DNA of 64,000 bases from Tubiluchus corallicola (taxonomy: Eukaryota > Animalia > Priapulida): contig JAQGDQ010000406.1 of NCBI GenBank assembly GCA_030141605.1, positions 125,714-189,713 on the forward strand, given 5' to 3'. Position numbers and translations under genes: made by a program. Of the stretch, positions 55,004-64,000 are shown one piece after another. Each line of letters starts with the position of its first letter. The stretch's first letter is position 1. The notes beneath the pieces are model-generated. The model was not told the DNA's origin. It was given only the letters and a program-made list of their open reading frames with translations, and ran no database searches.

Positions 55004-56377
55004 GTGAGTGAGTGAGCGAAAGAAAAGATGAGCTAGACCCTGAATTTCATGAATAGGCAACACCTAGGGTGACAAATTGAAACGTCATTTTTTTTAAAAG
55101 ATACACGGCTGATGAAAAACACGATAGATGAAAAAACTTAGAAAACAAACGTGGAATTTCATTGTAGACTAGTAATATTAATCACTGTTTAAAGTTTATA
55201 GTTATGACCATGACAGGGCCAAACAGACAGACGTTAAACGCAGAAGTTCGATACTCGTTCTAGGCGGTTTTATTTGGCATACTGTCTTGTCTTGTTGTGG
55301 GATGTCTGAGCGTGGCTAAACCATCTACACATGCTCAGTGTCTCACTTTAGAGGAGTAACCTCACTTTAGAGGATTTTGCCACAGACATCAAGTTTCAGT
55401 AGGTCTTGCCATTTATAATTGAAAAGACTAGCCGAGGCCTGGCAAACATGTTGCGTATAAATCCACTTCTAATCAACAATGAGCGAACATTCTACACAGT
55501 ATGTGCTTATTTACTAAACATAAAAAACACCTTCAGCAACTTTTACTGAATTAAAGTTATAAAGCTGTTGGCTGAGTATAATGGATGGGGACGTCAAAAC
55601 AATCGCTTTGAGGGAATAGGGGCGAAATCGGAGCCTGTAATCGCGTTGTAGCCTTGTTCCTCCTCTTTCTAAAGATCTACGTACTTCCTTCCAAAAGCCC
55701 CACCGGGCGTTTTTGGAATGTTTTTCTTAAAGGGTGTTTGGTCAAAATTTTCCGGGAGCTATGTCCGGGAAAACGCCCGTTGATGGAAACCGCGGACTTC
55801 CCGTGAATTCTAAATATGACTATAACACACACACCACTGAACGGGCTATGTAACCGTTATAAGCACCGCTCCTGTCACGTTCCCGTTCTCTAGATATAGG
55901 AAGTATAACTTCTGCAAAACATGGGCTAAAGAGGACCGCTTTTGGAGGTTTTCGCCACCGTTTCCCCCGGTGGACCTGTTTCGAAAAATAAGGCGCTAAT
56001 GAGACGACAATAGACCTTTCGTTTAATAAATAGAGCACCGAAAATGATGCCGTTCTGAGAGCTAGCTTTAACAAAAACTTACCCAGTAGGATACAAATAG
56101 GAGTGGGGATAACTCAATAAATGAGAGTGCCTCAATGTCTGCAAAACATGGAAGCAGAATTTTGCAACGACGATATTGATGATGACGATGATGACGACGA
56201 CGACAACAACAACAACAACAATAACGATGACCACAACGATGATGATGAAGATGATGATGATGATGATGATGATGATGAAGATGATGATGATGATGATGAT
56301 GATGGTCATGATACAACCTTTAGATTCATTATTACTGCTTGGATACATCTGCCTATGGCTGAAGTTTTTTTGTTTAG

Positions 56378-56436
56378 ATGCCATTGATGAGTGTGATTCT
56401 AATCCTTGTCAGAATGGAGCATATCTTAATGCATGA
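56378..56436 (+). pseudogene. Truncated EGF pseudo-exon (duplicate of the 63726 exon)
   Basis: Reads [19 protein letters not shown]; the upstream (GAT)n and acceptor match 63560-63770. Confidence 0.7.
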
Positions 56437-56511
56437 TATTCGAGTAATACTTTAATATACAGTCATGTAACAAGTTCGGTAATATTTTTACCCAATAGCT
56501 CTTTTCTTTAG

Positions 56512-56631
56512 ATATAAATGAATGCGCATCTGATCCTTGTGTCCATGGTACATGTTCTGATAGAATTAACTCATACATTTGCAATTGTCAAGCTGGGTAT
56601 ACTGGAAATAAATGTGACCATCCATTAAGAA
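56512..56631 (+). CDS. Calcium-binding EGF exon
   Basis: Reads DINECASDPCVHGTCSDRINSYICNCQAGYTGNKCDHPLR; phase 1 to 1. Confidence 0.9.
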
Positions 56632-57253
56632 GTAAAATATGTACAAAACTCCCAATTTTACTGTTTAATATTATCTTAGGAAAATTTATGTAATATTGCA
56701 GCTTAATCATATGATCAAATTTTGATCTAGTTGCGTTGATAACAGTCAAAATCGTCATATCGCATTAAGCTGTTGCATTACAGGTGATATTCAACATAGA
56801 ATCTGCTATTATATATTTACATGGTATTTTAATACTATTAGTGCTAGACTAAGAGAAATCCATTCTGACAGGCTTGCGAACGTTTAAATGCTAAGAGCTA
56901 ACTGTCGATTGAAAGTCGATAATTCTTTTTAACAGCAGTTTCTGACTAGTAACTTAGTCAATCGCTAGCAAGTTCAAAACTTGCTTAGTGTTACTCAACG
57001 AAACTAATCGTTATCTGACACTCACTTCTCTTTTTACTGTGATAAGTTCCGAAAGTAACTTGCTGAGGCAGTAACACTATAGAGTAACTCACTGGAGATC
57101 AACTCATAGCATCTGTTGGAGAGCTTGCAATTACATGTCAAAAGTAACTCGTGAAGCAGTTCACACTGACGGGAGTTTATTGTAAGAGAAAAATGCACAA
57201 CAGAAAACTCACAAGTTCGAACGTGCTGTAATGCATTGGTTGTTTTTGTTTAG

Positions 57254-57367
57254 ATATTGACGAATGTTTATCTCAACCTTGTACTCGCGGAGCTACATGC
57301 AAAGATGGAATCGGTTTCTACACTTGCATTTGCAGGGCAGGATACACTGGAGTTAACTGTAGGGAAG
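57254..57367 (+). CDS. Calcium-binding EGF exon
   Basis: Reads [38 protein letters not shown]; 114 nt, phase 1 to 1. Confidence 0.92.
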
Positions 57368-57439
57368 GTAAAATACACCACGATTTTTGCAAGTTACTTT
57401 CCACTTGTAATTGTAGTTTGTTCCTACTATTCAGTTCAG

Positions 57440-57552
57440 TATTGACGATTGTTTATCTAAACCTTGTAAATACGGAGCTACGTGCAAAGATGGAATCGGT
57501 ACCTACACTTGCATTTGTCTTCCTGGATATACAGGACGTAATTGTGAACAAG
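57440..57552 (+). CDS. EGF exon with out-of-phase acceptor (113 nt)
   Basis: Reads [37 protein letters not shown]; nearby AGs give phase 0 or 2, not the required phase 1. Confidence 0.7.
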
Positions 57553-57755
57553 GTAAAAGTTGCCACCATGTTTAGTATTATAGGCAGAAATTAACAAACC
57601 TAAATAAGTAGAAAAGACAATATGAACGTTTAATTTGTTACTAATACATGTGAAAGTTTGGAATGTAAATTTTACAAGGAATTATAAAGAAATGAATTAT
57701 TGGAAAACGTTAACATATCAATTTTCGAAGTTTATGTAATTGCATCTTTCTCCAG

Positions 57756-57818
57756 GTGTTGGTAGACTTGTAGCAAGATCATACTCTGTCTTGCGTCGGC
57801 TAAGAACAAATGGACAAA
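57756..57818 (+). CDS. Basic linker exon of the LRR-EGF gene
   Basis: ctttctccag acceptor, GTGAGT donor, 63 nt, phase 1 to 1; reads GVGRLVARSYSVLRRLRTNGQ. Confidence 0.65.
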
Positions 57819-58478
57819 GTGAGTAAGCTCAATATATCGCTTATCTAAACAATAACGTTAGAGAAAGATCAACTATGATATTTTGTCGGGTTAAAATATT
57901 TTCACGCTAAAAATTAATTTCATTTTTTTAATAAAAAAGTTTTATTAGTATATTTTATCAATACAGCGAAAAACATATGCAGAAATCAGAATTTGAATAT
58001 GTACATTTCTGTTTTTTGCTGCAGACAGTAAGCATCCCACGCACCTCTTTAGCAAAACACTTGTAATAATAGGGTGTAGCTGCTTTTTCAAAATGTAATG
58101 TAGGTTCAAACAGTATGAGCAATTATTATTCAAATCTTAACTTAGCTTGTCACAAAGCAAAAGATGATCCAATTGAAGCTTGCCAAATGTATTCAAGTAA
58201 TTATCCTAACCGAACTATAGCCACAGCCGAAACCATAACACATCACTAAACTAATCCTCTTCAGCCATATTTCCCAGAAAGTATGCTGCTGTTAGTAATA
58301 AGAGCTTTGAAATCTCTCATGTGTTAAGGATAAACGGGTACTGATAAACTGCATCAGATGCCTGTCTTTCAGCCTCGAGACAATGTATACCAGTAAAAAA
58401 CAAATAAATAATGAAATTTGTTCAAGTTGTAACGACATTGTCTAGACAATTCATTACCAATTCAAAGTCTTCTATCTT

Positions 58479-58664
58479 TTTTGGCATGCTACATGGGTCA
58501 GTTTTAGTCTATCCAATGTGGGCGTAGTTGCCGATATTAGACGCGATACGCACGCTAGATATTATAAAGGGTTTTGGCATGCTACATGGGTCAGTTTTAG
58601 TCTATCCAATGTGGGCGTAGTTGCCGATATTAGACGCGATACGCACGCTAGATATTATAAAGGG
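58479..58664. repeat. Perfect 93-bp tandem duplication
   Basis: ttttggcatgctacatggg...attataaaggg occurs twice. Confidence 0.9.
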
Positions 58665-60383
58665 GTACGAATGATAAAATGAGAACAGGGCTTTATCAGA
58701 AGCGAAAAGCTGTCTGAATTGAGTGTACAAAATAAATCACGCGAGTTCAGTAAAGTAACTGGTAAAAAGGGGTATCTTCTAAATGTATTAATCGTTAAAC
58801 AGATCCGATTATTGATGGCAGATCTAAGGTCTGTGATAATATTGATGCTCGCAATTTGTCATGTGCCAGCGGCGAATACAGGCTTTAGAAAAAGGGTAGG
58901 CCCAACGAAAAAGCAGCTAGGGGGTCCGGGTACCCCGATAAACCAATGCATTTTACTGCCTCTTAGAACATTTTTCTTCCTGTTTCCTCAAGTAAATTCA
59001 ATAGTTTAAAACTCATTATGGCAGCCTAGTATGGCATTATAATTGCGCACAGTGCTATCTATGCCAAAAACTTCAATTTTCACTTAAAGGCACACTTTTT
59101 TACACTGAAATCGTTAATGCAGAACGTTTTACTCGATATAAGTCATTAAAAGCTTACAGTAAACGTTCTAATGCTTATAATTCAGAGAAAACATTCACTT
59201 GGTGTGCTGTAACTGCTAGCATGAAAGGGTGGGCCCAGGCCCCTTGAGCCCACCCCCTAAATCTGCCACTGCGTGCTAACTCAGTTGCAGACGTCTCATC
59301 TGCGCTGCCTAGATTGAAACTCAAAAAGTCAGACGGCAATCTTCTTTGAACACCTGATCACACATAGTGCATCCCCATTGGGTTTGTCAGACTGCACACA
59401 CCAAACCTGGTAACGATATAGCGAAGAAGACAAAATTCCAATATAACAAAATTTCAATAAACCTTTAAAATCGAAACAACGTATCCTCGAATCAATATAT
59501 CAAACGTTTAACCGCCAGAAATGAGACAAACTTTCTGACGAAAAACATGTTAAAGACGTTAGCTTATAGCAACCTATATACGACAGATAAACAAGTGAAC
59601 AATGGTGTTAGTTTATGTAACTTGCGCGTATGAAACCGATTATAAAGAGTTAAGCACTCAGCAACTTTGAGTTAGACACAAAGCATCTGATGCTAGCAAA
59701 AAAACGTAGACTGTCCGTATAACTTTGCAAAGTTTTGTAAATGAGCAAAGTACTTTTGAGGACAATGTCTGAACTGTCTGTTTTTCCTACATTGCGTACC
59801 AGTCTGGATTTAGATCTTGCCAGGAATGGTTTGTTCAGCATTCTCTTCGTAATTTTTGGCTTTTGTAGCAAAATTTAATGTTTGTATGTTGGATATACTA
59901 AATCATTTTCGCAGACAGACCTTTTAAAATATTTTGTTGTTTTGATAAATATACGATTTAGATGACTACAAGTTTGTACTTTTTAAAAACTTTTGTGACA
60001 TTTACTGCTTTTGGCATGTCTTAAGTATATAAAGTAAAAGTAAGTAAGATTTCTATGTATTGTCAAGAATTATAATATTGTATTTTCCTCATACTTTTTT
60101 GAATGTTGCATAGTGCTGCCAGCACGAGGTGTTCTTGTCAAAATTGCTAAATTTTTCTCTTTACTGCTTAAATTTTCATTCGCTTATACAGTCTTTATGA
60201 ATGCAAAATCTCTAAACCTGTTTTCACACCTAACTGATTTTACCAGTAGTTTTGGTAAATTATTTTTTTTTTGGTTTCTTCAAACCACAGTGAAAATGAA
60301 AAAAGGGCAAGCTATTGGGAGCAAGTGAAGTCTGTTGTTAGCTGATTTGTTCCTTTGTCATTGGGAGCTTATTTACATATATA

Positions 60384-60579
60384 CAGTGTCAAACCTCGTT
60401 ATAATGCCCTTGTTATAATACCAACGTCATTTAACGTCCAAATTTTTAGCAAAACAAATCGTTCATATTAAAATTTACATAGCTGTGTATGTATTAATGC
60501 CCCTCGTCATAGCGCCAAACTTTCAATAACGCTAACTTTTTTCCCGCCACAAAGTAGGCAGTATAAAGAGGTTGGACTG
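60384..60579. mobile_element. pogo/Tigger-like MITE
   Basis: TA flanks; imperfect TIR CAGTGTCAAACCTCGTTATA / TATAAAGAGGTTGGACTG. Confidence 0.65.
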
Positions 60580-60641
60580 TATGTTCTCAAAGAGTACAAA
60601 ATGAGCAGGCTAAAATCTTTTCTAAAGTTTGCAGATACACC

Positions 60642-61073
60642 TGTGAAAGTTAGTTATGAAGTTGAACACTTGTAGAAAACAACTGAACACTATATTACAT
60701 ATCTGCACAGAACTGAAACACGTTTATTACACTAAATACACATGAGTAAAATACACAAGTAAAATGAAGATCACGACTGCTGCACTGCACTGAGAGTGTG
60801 AGTCAGACAGTGTGTAGCACGACTGCCCGTCACTGAGAGCGTGACAGAGAGACAGTCAGTGGCTAGAAGTGAAATCTAGCCAGTTTATATAGGTAGAGAA
60901 CTACGCAAAAACTTGGCTTCACATATCCCATTACAGTAAAGAAAGGGGAGATCCAGTGAGTTTGCATATTCACTGGACCGAACAATTGTACTAGGGGTGA
61001 GTTTAACTAGTAAATGTTAAAGTGACTAATCAATAGATGGCAGCACCTAAAATATACAGTTACGACTTTCACA
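60642..61073 (-). mobile_element. Solo LTR (432 bp)
   Basis: TGTGAAAG...CTTTCACA ends; 5-bp TSD ACACC (60637-41 and 61074-78); minus-strand TATATAAA near 60888 and AATAAA near 60725. Confidence 0.85.
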
Positions 61074-61934
61074 ACACCCTTTTATATGTTTATTGCCTAT
61101 TTTTATACCTGTTACGTGATTATCTGTTTTCCTACTCAGTTATTTTATAAAACGTATTACTCATCCCCTGCTGCCTCTAGTACAGGCAATGAAAAAGATC
61201 ATGTAAACTGTCTAGATGCTAATATAAATGTGAGTAACTGTAGCTTATCATAATGTAGACTAGTTATTTTTATTAATTTTTTTATATAATTACTACATAT
61301 AAAGTATTACATGTAGTGTATAATTATTACACTACCTTCTGGTAATGTTCCAGAAAACATTTAGGAGTATTTGCTAGTCAGTTGTTATATTGTGGAAGAA
61401 TATCCACAGATATTGCAGATTTATTAAAAGGCTGTGTGTGCTGCATGTTAAAGAGCGGTTAAAAAGCAGCAAATTTCCAAAACATTTTCTTTACATTCTA
61501 AATTGTTATTATTTTAAGTCCAACCTGTTTTCTGTCACGCAGGTGCCTGTTTTTTTAGATTTTTGTTACAGGGACGTAGTAGTTCTTGGCTTCCCATGGA
61601 AAGTATTGCTGTGTGGGTGGGTATAGATGTGTTGGTATTTTATTGGTAAGCTAGCATACACATGTGTATATCTATGTGCACATATTGTCCTTGCTATCTA
61701 TTGTAGATAATCCTACGTATTTATCTTGTTTTTGGTCTCTTGTGTGTCACCAAAGAGGTAAGCTAATTACAACTTGTTGTCTCCATTTAAATATGAAGAA
61801 AGGTAGCAGGCAACTGACTGTATTTTTCCTTGTTTTGGCTTACGAAATAAATGTTATTTGAATTTATTATAAATCAACTTGACCTGATTCGATGGTTCTG
61901 ATAAATTTTTAATGTATTTATTGCTTCTGTTTAG

Positions 61935-62063
61935 AAGCGGCGGGAGCTTGCTCGTCCAATCCTTGTAAGAATGGAGGTGTATGTACAGCTACGTGTCACA
62001 GGGGTATCCATAGCTACTCTTGTTCATGTCCTGAAGGACTTGAAGGAAAAAATTGTAATATAG
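61935..62063 (+). CDS. EGF exon (7 Cys)
   Basis: Reads [42 protein letters not shown]; phase 1 to 1. Confidence 0.88.
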   Translation, partial: KRRELARPILVRMEVYVQLRVTGVSIATLVHVLKDLKEKIVI

Positions 62064-62182
62064 GTAAATACGTAATAGAATGTGGCTATTTAATTCAAAT
62101 TCTTATTTTTAACAATTTTGGGCCTGCAATAAATATCGGCTCCAGTCTGGACTTTTTGCGCAATCAATGATTAAACGCTTAA

Positions 62183-62665
62183 AGAAAACCGGACGATTGT
62201 TTAGACTCAAATTCATTTTAATTTACTGTCCAAAATATACATTTTCTTGCCTATAAAAGTTAACAATTGTTCCTTATAATTGAATAATTAGCTTAGAAAG
62301 TTAATGGTATGCAATTACGTCTTCCCTTGAACGTCAAGAACACTTGTATAAGTGTTACAGTACTGTTTAAATGCACGATGTCACGAGAAATAGACTCTAT
62401 ATCATATCACGTCAGAAACTAACAATGCGGTTCATGATCATGCTTATCATGGTACCGCCTTCTATTTGTCGGCCACGCGAATGTGACAAAGGTGCTTCTG
62501 CTACCAATCTTTGTAGATTCACTGAGCTGCACATAGCTTTGAAACTTTAACAAAATTATTATTATTTAATTATTATTTAATCTAAGCTTTCATTTAAAAA
62601 AAGCTTTTGTAGTTTTCAATGTTTTAGAGCATTCTTTATTCTGAACACAATCATCCGGTTTTCCT
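62183..62665. mobile_element. Kolobok-like MITE copy
   Basis: TTAA flanks; TIRs as in 31815-32384. Confidence 0.78.
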
Positions 62666-63589
62666 TTAACATTCAAAAAAGCGCCATTCAGCATTTATAT
62701 GCGTATTTAACAATAACACTAGATATAGTATTAGAAGATTGTCAAACATATGAACGTTAGCAATTGGCACTTCTGCAATACTTTTCTTGTAAAAAGATCA
62801 TGGATATAACAATATGGTTAAATCTTATTGGAGATGTTAGACGACAGCACTAGTTCAGTCTTTAGTGGCATTTATGTAGCATGTAAATACGACATGCCGG
62901 ATGCGTTTTCCACCTGCAGAATAGCCTGTGGAAAAAAACAATAGGAAATAGCTGCAGAAAAAGAATAATTGTACTCAAATGACATCAACAGTTTCCATCA
63001 ACCCTCTAGTCTACAACACCAACCTACTAACAGCTGACTGGAATGGAGTAACATCACACTTCTGTGCCTTGACCAGCTTTTCAAACCATGTAACAGCAAA
63101 GAGACCGAGAAACACAGGCTATACAACAGGAACGCAGCCCTTTTTGCCAAAACAACACTTAGCTCAGCTCTCAATGATAAAGAAGTTACATCACAGATCG
63201 TGTACCACCCTTTCCAGACAAATACGTTAACTACAGGTTAGCTGGAACATGCAACTGGTCAGACCAACAACGAACGTCTGTACCAGTGAAAAGTATCAAC
63301 TCAACTGTCCAGAACAGGTATTGCTTTTCTTGCATAAACAAACGAAGCACTCCAACAGGTAAGTACAAACCATTTGAAGTGACAAGGGCGAGGAGATGAT
63401 GAAATGAAAAAATCACACTGTACAGCAATGCAAGCCAAGCAAGCCATTTACTATCAAAATTAACAACACACACCTCACAGCTATTTTCACTTACAAACAT
63501 ATTTCTTTACCTGATCAGTACATAGCTTATAATTTTTAAATAGCTAAAGGCTTAATGTCATTAATGATGATGATGACGATGACGACGAA

Positions 63590-63624
<35 letters not shown>

Positions 63625-63725
63625 CGACGACGACGATGATGATGATGGTAATGTTACATTCTTTAGATTCATTATTACTTCACTGTCCATGCATCTACCC
63701 ATGGCTAAACTTTTTTTTTGTTTAG

Positions 63726-63842
63726 ATTCCATTGATGAGTGTGATTCTAATCCTTGTCAGAATGGAGCAACCTGTAAAAATAAAATCAATAAATACACTT
63801 GCACTTGTGTGGCAGGATACACTGGAACTAAGTGTCAACAAA
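63726..63842 (+). CDS. Calcium-binding EGF exon; gene continues past the window
   Basis: Reads [39 protein letters not shown]; phase 1 to 1. Confidence 0.9.
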
Positions 63843-64000
63843 GTAAAGCTTGCTATTATGTTTTTTACAGATTGTATCTAAAATGTACTTTATTCCCTAC
63901 GATAAGTACTTTAGTTAAAAATGCTACATTAACAAAATAACTATGTAAGACATTTCATTGCTTTCTGCTGTACAATACTTACATTATTTTGATTAAATAA

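Noticed and set aside
53537-63842. Calling the gene slit, Notch or crumbs
   Set aside because: It has only one short LRR block and no diagnostic domains within the window.

Overview
AT-rich, microsatellite- and transposon-rich eukaryotic DNA with GT-AG introns. A Rebers-Riddiford (R&R) cuticle motif suggests a panarthropod. All models below are hand-spliced with exon phases checked; no database searches were run. (1) A divergent TTLL4-like tubulin ligase on the minus strand: 13 phase-compatible exons (5040-19193) plus 2 tentative 5' exons. The 5' exons of a tandem paralog lie at 851-1892 and that gene runs off the left edge. (2) A two-exon TWIK-type K2P potassium channel (21342-39080, +). Its 16.6-kb intron holds an antisense gene built from short exons, encoding a secreted protein with an R&R chitin-binding motif split by a 30-bp minisatellite. 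(3) A 147-aa secreted Pro/Cys/acidic protein I cannot assign to a family (43052-46453, +). (4) A class A GPCR pseudogene broken by a TA-duplicating MITE (48882-50515, -). (5) A secreted LRR-LRRCT-(EGF)n gene with apparent 1-nt lesions (from 53537 past the right edge, +). Repeats include Penelope-like fragments with minimal hammerhead motifs, TTAA-flanked Kolobok-like, hAT-like and pogo-like MITEs, LTR remnants (one next to a tRNA-Leu copy), LINE 3' ends and several minisatellites. The best candidates for new biology are the TTLL with an altered specificity pocket, the nested cuticle gene, the Pro/Cys protein and the LRR-EGF mosaic.
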